Assembly: GCA_030265395.1 (NCBI GenBank)
Contig: JARFYF010000057.1
Location: 18,160,408 to 18,224,407 of the forward strand
DNA length: 64,000 bases
Direction: 5' to 3'
Origin: Rhina ancylostomus
Lineage: Eukaryota
Position 1 is the first letter of the stretch, and each line of letters opens with the position of its first letter. This document shows, piece by piece, positions 49,526-60,299 of this stretch. The position numbers were made by a program, and so were the translations under genes. The notes beneath the pieces are model-generated. The model did no database searches, had not been told where the DNA came from, and saw only the letters and a list, made by a program, of their open reading frames with translations.

Positions 49526-49605
49526 GTTGTGCATTTGTGAAATTCTCCACACACACTGAAGCCCAGGCAGCCATTAACGCACTACACGGCAGTCAAACAA
49601 TGGCG
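49526..49605 (+). CDS. CELF5: CELF-family exon encoding RRM2 RNP1 and helix 2
   Basis: Acceptor ttttccatttAG, donor GTGAGT at 49606. 80 bp, phase 1-0, translating (G)[26 protein letters not shown]. Joins the previous exon in frame across a 440-bp intron. Confidence 0.92.
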
Positions 49606-49794
49606 GTGAGTTTTGCCATGTCAGGGAGAGAGTGCAAACTCCCTGTATACCCAAGAGCTGGTGCAGAGTGTACAGGTTACACGGGATGATGGTAGATTGG
49701 AAGAGACTGGCACAGAGCTTGCTATCTGCAGATCATAATAAATGTCCTTAAATTAGCAATGAAGTGTTATGTTCTACAGCTTACAGGCAAGAAA

Positions 49795-49925
49795 CAAAAT
49801 CATATTTTGATCTAAAATAAAAAAAAATAAAATACTGGAAAAGCTCAGCAGGCCAGGCAGCTTCTATGGAGAAAGAGAGAGAGATAATGTTTCAGGTTGA
49901 TGACCTTCCATCAGAAACTGGGAAA
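49795..49925 (-). mobile_element. Penelope-type terminal repeat, hammerhead box mutated
   Basis: The - strand reads CTGATGG-aaggtc-atc-aacct-GAAA-catt...ctgcctggcctgctgagcttttccagtattt. Confidence 0.7.
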
Positions 49926-50859
49926 CTAGACGTTAAACAAGCTTTAAGATGCAAAGGAAATGGTGAGGGGAGGAGACAATTTATCATCTATTTGTTTATT
50001 CTGGCTTTTATTCAGTTTCTTAAATTTTTAAGGTGCTTGAAGAATGAAGCTCCCACCCAGAGGCTCTGGCTGGTGGCTGTGAAGGGGACGTTTAGGGCAC
50101 AGTGCAGGAAAATATTTTGCAGTCTGGAGCCTGATTGTTTGCAGAACCACCTCCCAGAAAGGATCAGAGATCAGGCAGTGCTTGATACTGGTGCTCAGGA
50201 CCCAATATAGAAGAATTCCAGACCCTGGTGATAATGTCTGTTGATCATCTGCAGGGGTTGGGGATGGGGTGGGGTAAAACCTACAATGAATGGGAAACTG
50301 ATAATCTAAAGGCTGTAATGAACTCATTTAACAGGGTCTAATCACTGTTGTACCTGGAACCTTGCTGTGCAAAACCCAATTATAAATGTCCCCTTTTGTT
50401 TGTGATTATCCACACGGTGCACATTTCAGCAGATTCCTCATTCCACAGAGGGTTGAGCATTAATCGGCAAAACCGTGAATAATATTTTGAAATAAGTACA
50501 TTCAGCTTAATGGCTCAAGTATTAAGAAGCAATTGGCTGTTAAAGATACCAAGACACAGACCGGCAGGCAACCCATTAAGTAATTAAGTCAGCTACTAGC
50601 TACCTGGCCTGGATCATTGCTTTTAGTGCTCCCCAGACCTCAGTCAGACTGCGTTGGTGCTTTGTACCTTAGATGGAAGGCAGCCTGCTGATTCTCAGGT
50701 CATGACAATCTCTTTTCCCTCTTAAAGATGTCCTCGAAAGCACCGTCTGAAGCAAAAATGCTCACACCTGTGAAGTTAACAATGGCAGACAGTCCTATCA
50801 CATTGTCAAATAGGATAGTGTCTTGCCTCACTGCAAGATATTTCACATTCTCCATGTTG

Positions 50860-51435
50860 CCATACTGCAGTTATTAGCTAAGTCTTCTTCAACACCTCCA
50901 ACCTTACAGTCTCTGCTGCCCAGAAGGACAAGAACAGTTAGCATATGGGAGCCCCACCCCTTCCAACTTTTCTTCCAATCAGCACAGCGACCTGAATTAG
51001 AAATATATCGTTGACCTTTCATTGTTGCTGGATCTAAACCCTGAAACTTCCTCTGGTACAGCACTGTTGGAGCCCCTTCAACACACAGAATGCAGTGGTT
51101 CAAGAAATCATTTCGTGGCTTCATACAGGATGGAAACAGGCCCTTTGGCCCATCAAGTTTGTGCCAACCATTAAACACAAATCCTACACTAATCCCTTTA
51201 TTCTCCCCACATTCCCATCAACTCCCCCTAGGTTCTACCACTCACCGACACACAAGGCGCAATTTGCAATAGCTAATTAACTTATCAACCTACATATCTT
51301 TGTGACGTGAGAGGAAACTGGAGCACCCAGAGTGGTCAGAGGAAGGATGTGAAAACTCCACACAAACAGCGGTCAGGAAAGGATAAATGTTCAAGGGTGA
51401 TTGGAGATGGGCAATAAATACTGACATTCCCTGAG
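50860..51435. mobile_element. L2/CR1-type LINE 3' end (+) interrupted by a SINE (-) at ~51125-51375
   Basis: agaaggacaagaacag...gaaatatatcgttgacctttcattgttgctggatctaaaccctg...gcagtggttcaaga / agatgggcaataaatactg. Confidence 0.65.
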
Positions 51436-52826
51436 ACATTCACCTCCCTTTGGAAAGTCCTCTTGCGTATGAGGGTGGTGGAGGAGTGGTATTGGTTGAT
51501 GGGAATCTTCTTTATCTCAGCCTTCTCAAGCTAGGAAATCTGTCTTCCCCATTCCCAATCATTATCCACCCACCCCTGCAGCCTTTGTGCAAAGCCAGAA
51601 CGGGGCTTTACTTTGAATCCGCCTGAGATCAAATACTGTGTCAATATTTGCACTCTAGATGTTTTCTTGATTTACTGTGGACATGATGGGCTGAATGGCC
51701 TCCTTCTATGCTGTAATTTCCTATGAGGAAAATTGGCACTTTGAGGTACTGGAAAAGGATGTTACCTCAGTAAAAGGGCAAGAAAAAATTGAGGAAATCC
51801 CTATTAGCTCTTGATCAAAGGCAAATCCTTTTAATCTCCCCTGGGGTCAGAATCCGATTTTCCATGAACTGAAGGATTTGACTGCATTTCACTGTCTTCT
51901 GGTTGTCTTCTTGTAGTTGCCTCTGTAGGGAAACAGCTAATTGTATTTATGATCACCAAAGATTGTAAAGAAATTTGTCCTGTTGGCCGAGACCATGCTT
52001 GACTCTCACCCTGCACCACACCCCCCCTTGTGTGATCCCCGTGACAACATTAACCTTTTGGAGTTCTGCAGGCTCCACTGTACTGGCGACTTCCACCCTG
52101 TGCCCTCATTACAAAGCAAAGCAGGCTGTATGTGGTAACCAGGCCTAAGGTGGTGGAATGTAGGCCCTGCCATCTCCTGGACTGCAGTTCTGGCCTTGGA
52201 CAGCTCACTGCTGTCAAAGACAGGCTTCACTGTTTGTAAGTGTCATCAGTCATGAGCATTTCAGCAATTAAAAGTAATAAAGATTACTTTTAAAAAATGA
52301 AAAATGTAAAACAATAAATTTCATTAAAAATACATCAAACTACTGTAAAAATGTATTAAAAACATAAACGTGAAGTGAAATAAAACAAAATAAACACAAA
52401 AATTAACCCAGTCATACAATGAAGATTGAACAGCAGCTGTCCTTGGAGTGAACATAAGAACAGATGAAGTAGTATCAAGCGTGGGATGTTCACTCCTTGA
52501 TCGTGCTCACCCATTCATAACATCGTGGATGTTCTTCTACTTTGCAACATTTTCTTGCCCTATCCCCATATCCTTTGACCCCTCTAATATCCAGAGTATT
52601 CAGCCTCAGTTGTGAATGAATCAGTAGCTGAGCCTCCAAAGTTCTCCAGGGTTGTGAACTCTAAAGATTCACTGCCCTCTGAGTTGAGAAATTTCTCCTC
52701 ATTTCAGTATTAATTTGGCCATCCCCATTTGGAGACTGTGACCTCTAGTACAAGACTTCTCAGCCAAGGGAAACATCATCCCTGTTTCATAGCCTTTTAA
52801 GAATGTTATACATTTCAGTGAAGTCA

Positions 52827-53019
52827 GAATCAGAATCAGGTTTATTATTACTGACATATGTCATGAAGTTTGTTGTTTTGCAGCAGCAGTACAGTGCAAG
52901 ACATAAAAAGACATTAAAAAATTACTATAAGTTACAAAAATAAATAAATAGTGCAAAAGAGGAATAATGAGATCATGTTCGTGGGTTCATGGACCATTCA
53001 GAAATCTGATGGCGGAGCA
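52827..53019 (-). mobile_element. 5'-truncated non-LTR element 3' end (Rex1/Babar-like) with an (ATTCTG)n tail
   Basis: agaatcagaatcaggtttattattactgac...; flanked by the 7-bp direct repeat GAAGTCA (52820-26 and 53020-26), consistent with a target-site duplication. Confidence 0.65.
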
Positions 53020-53219
53020 GAAGTCACGTCTGATTCTTCTGAACTCTAAGGAATAGGAGTAAAGCCTAATCAATACCTCCTCATTTGACAGACCTGCCTT
53101 CCCTGGAACCAATCTGGTGAATCTTTGCTGCAATCCCAATATAACAAGTATATCCTTTTTCTAAGTTAGGAGGACCAAAGTTGTACACAGTGGTCCAGGT
53201 GGGGCTTACCAAGGCAAAA

Positions 53220-53647
53220 CAGGAAGTCCCCAGGTTACAACAGGGTTCTGTTCCTGAAAACTGTTTGTAACTCGAACTATTCTTAAGCCAGAAATAAGCA
53301 AAAACCGTGCATGGGAGAGGATCACAGAAACAGCTGTGACGGGAGAGTGAGCAGGCGCGGGAAGAGTAGCCGCCAGTTGACCTCACTGACTCAGTGGGTG
53401 AGCGAGTGAGTCTGCCCAGCGCTCCCAGCTCTGCTCGGCTTGAACCAGCCTCTGATTGTTGTGGCTCAGGTTGGTTTGGAGTGGGGAGAGAAGGCATGCA
53501 GAAATGCCCCATTCCCACCCAGCAGAAGATGCCTGCAGCCCACAGCAGCCAGCAAATCCACCCTATCCATCCCGCTGGTCTCCCATATGCTTATTCGTAT
53601 GTATGGGGTATCCATAAGTTGGACGCTTGTAAACCGAGTTGGGCCTG
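53220..53647. mobile_element. Non-autonomous Tc1/mariner-pogo (Tigger-like) MITE
   Basis: Imperfect TIRs CAGGAAGTCCCCAGGTTACAA and (reverse complement) CAGGCCCAACTCGGTTTACAA; TA at the right flank; CR1 sequence resumes after it. Confidence 0.55.
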
Positions 53648-54225
53648 TATATATTTGTCCTAAGTCATCTTTACTCTTGTAATCAAGTCTTGTAGCAACA
53701 AAAGTGAAGCTGACAGACTGGATGAGAGGAACATTCAGCCCCCAGCTCTGTTTGGTCCCAAACTGCCACTGGAGGCCATGGTGAGTCCAGTGGGGAGTCA
53801 GGAGGCTGGATGTACTGGCATTGATCCCAGCACATTTCCAACTTTGATGTGACAGTGTGTATTATGGCAGTCAAACATGTGTTGGATATCAAAGAACATG
53901 GAACTGTCACACGTTTTGGACTTTGAACTACCCCATTCCCTACCCTTTTCCTCTGGGCTAGAACTGTCCACCTCAGCTAAAATCTTGAGCTTCCACTGAG
54001 CTGGAACTCCACCCATCCACTGAATCACATCATTTGCACTGCAGCAGCACTCTTGAAGCAGAGCACTTCCCACAACTCATTTGGGACCTGTTGCCCTTGG
54101 ACTATTTGAATACTAGTTATTTGAAGAAATATGACAAGTGAAATGACCAAATCCCAGTGGGCATGAATCCTTGCCATTTACCATCCAGCCAGGTCTGGGT
54201 ACAGATTCACCAGATATGTCCCTTG

Positions 54226-54228
<3 letters not shown>

Positions 54229-54275
<47 letters not shown>

Positions 54276-54681
54276 TGCCCTAGCTACCTCCCAGTTTTTA
54301 TAGATTCTATATTGGTTAAAAAGGAACAGAACTGTCTTTCAAATGCCAGATGATGACCTTTCTTGGATCTCCCATAAGCTCCACGCAGTTTGTATTGACA
54401 CAGTGTTGGAATGATGGCCTGTGCACTCAAGAGAGTTGAGATATTGTCATGGTTCTGAGTTCTGGCCCTCAATTTGGCTCCATTAATGCCTTGTTGTCCA
54501 GCACATGGATTCCATNNNNNNNNNNNNNNNNNNNNNNNNNNNNNNNNNNNNNNNNNNNNNNNNNNNNNNNNNNNNNNNNNNNNNNNNNNNNNNNNNNNNN
54601 NNNNNNNNNNNNNNNGGCATGACTCCTTGCCATTTACCCTCCAGCCCGGTCTGTGTACAGATTCACCAGATATGTCGCTTG

Positions 54682-54725
<44 letters not shown>

Positions 54726-54893
54726 TGCATTTAAATAGACATGCATGTATACACACACTCTCTCACACACACAACACATACACGTTCCCTCTCACACACA
54801 CATGCACACAGACATAAACAGACACACACTCTCTCACTCACACACACTCACTCACACAGCCACACACACACATACACACAAAAATGCACGCGT

Positions 54894-54938
<45 letters not shown>
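54229..54938 (+). repeat. (CA)n microsatellite cluster
   Basis: (AC)22 at 54229-72, (AC)19 at 54685-722, and a degenerate CA/CT-rich tract at ~54750-54938. Confidence 0.97.
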
Positions 54939-54942
<4 letters not shown>

Positions 54943-55699
54943 TTCAGAGTGAGCCTTCTATTTGAATTTGTCCCAAAGACAATGAGGCACATTTTAACCA
55001 CTAAACCACCAACCATTCCAACCACCAGGTTGGAATAGCCCCACTCAGTGTGGACCAGAATAGTGGAACATTGCACTATTTTTGACAAACAATCTACCCA
55101 TGGACTGTTGGATCCAACCCTTTGGTGGATCTGATGTTCAGAAAGCATCACATTCCCAAAAGGAGTTTAGTGTCGTGATTGTCACCTGTTTGCTTTTATA
55201 TTGGGTCTGAATCCTTTGGTGCCATGCACAGACTTTTACCTCATGAATAATGGGTGTAAAGACAGCATCAATAGAAAAGAAGCTCTTTGGAGTTTCAGAC
55301 TAGGCCATAAGTCACATGAGTGAGATACCAGTGTTTTTTTTCTCCCAGAGTACTGAGATGTTCATTTTAATCCGAAAGACTCCCACCCACTCGTAAACTT
55401 GGATATTATGTGTGGAGCAGCCTTATTTATAACACTATAACTAGCTGTTGTAGTATTATCTATAGATCTGTGAGAAGGTTAATGTGTCTAAGACGTGCAC
55501 AGGGATTTTAATTTTCTTCCTGCCCAGAGGAAAGGCTTGCTTAGTTGGCTGGAAAACAATTTGGCTCTTTGAAACTGTCTTTCAGCCAATAAAGCATCAG
55601 TTTTTCCAGAGTATGTCCCTATTGGATAGTGAGTCGGGGGAAGATGAGTGTTCTGTTTAAAGAGGTACAAGTCAGGGCCAGGAACTGAGGAAGTTTTTG

Positions 55700-56522
55700 G
55701 AGGGTTTAAGCTGAGATATTATTTCCAGTGGCTGAAGGACACAGCTGGAAAATAATTGGCAAAAGAGGAAAGGGCAGTCTGTGGAAAGATGTTTTAATTC
55801 AGTAGGTGGTTATTGGGTAAATAATTAGTCTTATGGGATGGTGTACACACATTCATTAGTATTCTTCAACAGGGGATTGGATAAATATTTGAAGAAGAAA
55901 TCTGTAGATGTTTGAGGAGATGGTAAGGGAGCTTGATTGTCATTCTGAGATTGATAGAGTTTTCTTCACCAATGTTACCATAGGTAACTAGATGTGCATG
56001 GACTCAGGACACAGATCAGCCATGGTCTCATTGCATGGAAGAATATCTGACCGGATTGGATGGCCTCTTCCCATTCCTCTCCTGGAAGTGCCGTGTCCAA
56101 ACTGAAACTTGTAACTATGAGGGAAGAAAGGCTGGGATTATTTTCTTTAATTCAGTGGAAGCTGAGGGGAGATTTCATTGAGATGTATAAAATTATGAGG
56201 GCCGTGATATAGGACAGATGTACTTCCCCAGGCAAAAACAGTCAAAACCAAGAAGCATAGATTTGAAGTAATTTGTAGAAGAATGAAAAGGGGATGTGAG
56301 GGAGAGGCTGGATGGGGTCTGAAACTCACTGCCTGAAAGGATGGTAAAGGCAGAAACCTTCAGCATTAAGGCAGTGCCTGGATGTGTATTGGAAGATCCA
56401 TGACCTACAGGGCTACAGACCTAGTGCTGGAAGGTAGGTACAGGCTAAGAGCTTGTTATCAACTAGCACAGACCCAAAGTGCTGAATGTTCTCCTTCTAC
56501 ATTATTAATTCTCTATGATTCC
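55700..56522 (+). mobile_element. Two tandem decayed CR1 3' ends
   Basis: aagctgaggggagatttcattgagatgtataaaattatgagggg; aactcactgcctgaaaggatggtaaaggcagaaac; cagatcagccatggtctcattg. Confidence 0.75.
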
Positions 56523-57734
56523 TCAACTCCATGATAACATCAAGTGATTCTGTGATATCTTTGCCCTGATCATTTATCTGAGTTCACTGACATACAATGC
56601 AACATACTGAAGAGGGCCATTAGGTTCTTGCATGTTGACCTGGGCTCCTTCACTTGGTTTCAGTGTTATTGGGGTATGAATGGAAAACTGGAACCAAGTT
56701 TCTGCTCTAAAGTATAGAACCATTGATGAACCTTGTGTGAGCCAGAAGCCTTTAAGGTGTGTGGTAGCATATGGGGAAACCAGGCAGAGTGGACTTAACA
56801 ACAATATAGTGTTTGAGTTTATTTATTTAATTTCCAGCCCAGCATTTGTTCACAATGACAGGCTGACAGATGTGGGAACCAGCAGCAAAGGGTTTGGCCC
56901 TAGTGATCGTTATGCAGGTGGTGGGCTGTAAACCAGGACTGGAGCAGGTAGGATGGGGGGAAGTTGGCCACAATGGGCAGATGGTGGGAGGGACAAAGGG
57001 GTGGGGGATGAAACCTGCTCCTCCTGGCCCATAAAGCATATACTGTACCTCCCAGAGTCAGCAGTTCTCTCCTATAATTCCATGTGACTGTCCTGATCTT
57101 TGGTGGGTGTAGTTGCCCTGTGGTGAATATTAACTGAACTCCTCAGTGGAAACATTAGCAGTGTGCCCCGCCTCTCTAAGATACACAATATGCCATGCAC
57201 CATCACAAAAAAGCCAATAGTGCCTTGGGATTCACTTGCCCAATTGTTGGGTTTAAACATGCCCCCAGCCACCTTTGGGTCTATTCTGTGAGGGGTGCTA
57301 ACATTAAGGTCGTGGTGCCTGGTTTGCAGGCAGCATTAACCCGGGCAGTGATGCCTTCCACAGGCTTGTAGCCATTTGGCGAAGGCTGACGAGGAAAGGG
57401 TATTGGCAGATTGACGGAGTCTCCAACCTTTGGCTCTGTTATTCAAAGGGTGAGCCCCTGTAACATAGAACTCTACAGCAATAGTACAGGCCCTTCGGCC
57501 CACAATGTTGTGCCGAATAGAACATAGAACATAGGAGGGATGTGGAGCTCTGCTCCCCATGGCTGACAGCANNNNNNNNNNNNNNNNNNNNNNNNNNNNN
57601 NNNNNNNNNNNNNNNNNNNNNNNNNNNNNNNNNNNNNNNNNNNNNNNNNNNNNNNNNNNNNNNNNNNNNNNCTCTGCCTGTCCCTGCCCTCCTGTCCCCT
57701 GGCTCCTGTCTCTGTCTCCTCTCTCTGTGCCTAG

Positions 57735-57881
57735 GGAGCCTCCTCCAGTCTAGTGGTGAAGTTTGCTGACACAGACAAGGAACGCACATTGCGGCGCATG
57801 CAGCACATGGTGGGCCAGTTCGGGATGTTCAACCCAATACCCCTCCACTTTAACAACACCTACAGCTCTTACGCTCACGCG
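57735..57881 (+). CDS. CELF5: CELF-family exon encoding the end of RRM2 and the start of the divergent linker
   Basis: C/T-rich tract ending ctAG at 57733-34, donor GTATGT at 57882. 147 bp, phase 0-0, translating [49 protein letters not shown]. TLRRMQxMVGQ and the 49-codon length match CELF5 better than CELF4. Confidence 0.9.
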
Positions 57882-57974
57882 GTATGTATCTATGTCAACC
57901 TTCTAGCACCGTATAAGCTCTCCCATTGGTAAACTTTAACTGCCTCAGTTCCCCTTTCACACCCCTTCTACAAT

Positions 57975-59440
57975 AAGAAGGAAAGGATTTGCATTTCCAT
58001 TTTGCCCTTCAGGACATCCCAAGCACTGAAATTATGCTTTGGGTGGTTAGTCACTGTTTTACTAAGGGGAAGCATGATAACTAATTATGGTGCAGTGTTG
58101 GCTGGTGATCCAGAGGTCAAGAATGGCAAACCAGGGACCTGAGTTTAAATCCCACCACCACAGCTGTGGGATTTAAATTGTTAATAAACTGGAATTTAAG
58201 TGAAAGAACTATTTGTTAATAGAGTAATGTTGACCATAAAAGCACTGAATTATCATAAAAACCTCTCTGGTTCACTAATGTTCTTCAGGAAAAGGAATCT
58301 GCCCCCTGGTCCAGTCTGTGACTACAGACTCACCAATGTGGTTGATTCTTAAATGGCCTAGGAAGCTACTCAGCTTAAGGGAAATTAGGATAAACAACAA
58401 ATGTCGGGCCCAGCTCGTGATGCATAGATCCTAAAGAATAAATAACAGTGAGATTCTGGAAACGGCCATGTGATAATTTAGCAGATCAGCCACTCTCTGC
58501 ATCAGCTGAGGGCTAAATTTTGGCCAGAACTTGCGGGGTGGGGGAGGGGGTGAATCTCCAGCTCTTCCTCAAGTGGTACGAATGGCTAGATTTTCATCCC
58601 TGGTGGTTGCATTGAATGCATCATATGCATTCAAAATTCATTCCATTGAAGTCAGTTGTGTGAATTTCCGAGGCAGAGTAGCATACCTTATTCTACTACA
58701 GATCACATTCAGTGTAAACCAATGGGGAATGAATTTCTAGCCAGTATTGTAAAGAAGAGCAGGTCACAAATCCCATGCCCTTGCCAATAATTATCCCTCA
58801 GCTAATACCTGAAATGGATTGGGCAGTCTGGATGGAGCAGATAGGACTTTGGCTGAATGGCTGTCAGTCATGGCTGTTCGGTCCAAAAGACTGAACCTCT
58901 GACAGTGCAGCACTCCTTCATTACTGCAGTGATTTGGCAGTCTTCATACAAGATGAAACCAGAAGTGTAAAGTTGTAAAATTATGTCCATCAGCCTGAGA
59001 GGGACAGAATATCTTGTTGTGAATTGGGAAAGGTGGACACAGGAAAGAACATGTCCATATTTTCATCTAACATTGAAGGAGGCCTTTTGGCCCATCAAGT
59101 TTACACTGGTTATCGGGACCATCCCATCAATCCCATTCCCCACTTATTTCCCTGTAACCTATTCTCCTTATTCTCTTACATATGCCCATTAACACCTCCA
59201 AACTCCACTCTCCCTTGAATTCTCCCACTAGTCACTTACACCAAAGGTAAGGTCCAGTAACCAATTAACTTAACAATGAACACATTTTTGGGATATGGGA
59301 GAAACCTGAACACCCAGGGAAAACCCACACGGTGACGGGGAGAACATGTAAACTCCTCACACTCAGCACTGGAGGTCAGAATCAAACCCAGGTCATTGAA
59401 GCGGTGATATAGCTGCACTTCCTGCAGCACCACAGTGCTG
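57975..59440. mobile_element. SINE cluster: a Deu-SINE-like copy (-) split by an L2-tailed SINE (+, ~58090-58440), and an HE1-like SINE (-, ~59075-59440)
   Basis: gagtttaaatcccaccacc...ggttcactaatgttcttcaggaaaaggaatctgcc; gggagaaacctgaacacccagggaaaacccacacggtgacggggagaacatgtaaactcc. Confidence 0.7.
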
Positions 59441-60299
59441 CCCCCATTTTGCAGAAGAGCAGAACCAATGGCTGTTGATACAAGAAACCAAATGGGAAAT
59501 TGTAAAGACTTATAAAGAGAAGGTCGAGAATGTGGAATTCACTACCACAGAGTGCAGTCATGATAACACACAGAGATGCATTTAAGGGGAAGTACATACG
59601 TACATGAGGGAAAATGCAATGGGATAAATTCATATTTTAAGGCAGAAGGATGGGAAGAAGTTGATGTAGTTGGCATTGACTGGGTATTGTTTAGAATAGT
59701 CCCAACTTCCTCTTTGGCAGAATGTACCAGAGAACACAGAATGGCGTCAACTCTACAGTCCCCAGTGGAATCAATGACTGATATTTGAAGAAAGGAACAC
59801 TTGCACTCACAGTGTATTATAATCAGCAATCTGCTCCCTCTGAAATCAGATTTGAGATTATGATCATGAAATACTAGTCTTTGAGTGGTGAACAAATTGT
59901 TTTTTTAAAAGCTCTTTGGTTATTGTTAAAGCCTTGGGCTGTGGCTTTAAGAACCTCATGGATGGTGCATTGTTTTTGTTGGCAGCTATCATTTAATCCC
60001 TGTGCAGACATTTGTTTCTTAACTCTGGGCATCTTAAGCCTGCTTATTATCGTGTCCACTTCTCAAATGTCGGTAGGGAACCGGCAATCTCGTGCCTGGA
60101 GGTTGTAGCTTTTACGACCAAAATACAACATTACAAAAATAAAAATCCCCAGCCAATGAAGCCGTTGCAATGACTTGGCGTAAGGTGACAGTGCAATAAC
60201 ACCTCTGTGGCGATCACGACGGGGCAGGGACAGAGCAGATCTAATCCACGTCAAACAGTTCTTGTATAACATTGTGACAGAATGTGCACTGATTTAGTC

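Larger units (their letters stand above)
52450..53700 (-). mobile_element. CR1 3' fragment hosting two nested insertions
   Basis: aacataagaac tail; ctaaagattcactgccctctgagttgagaaatttctcctcatttcag; ggaaccaatctggtgaatctttgctgca...gaccaaagttgtacacagtggtccaggtggggcttaccaagg. Confidence 0.85.

Noticed and set aside
54160-54728. Direct duplication of ~115 bp (54160-54278 and 54616-54728)
   Set aside because: The second copy starts exactly at a 100-N gap and both end in a CA repeat; most likely overlapping contig ends or two haplotypes, not a true duplication.
54741-55151. His/Thr-rich and Cys/Val-rich ORFs
   Set aside because: Translations of CA/TG microsatellites.
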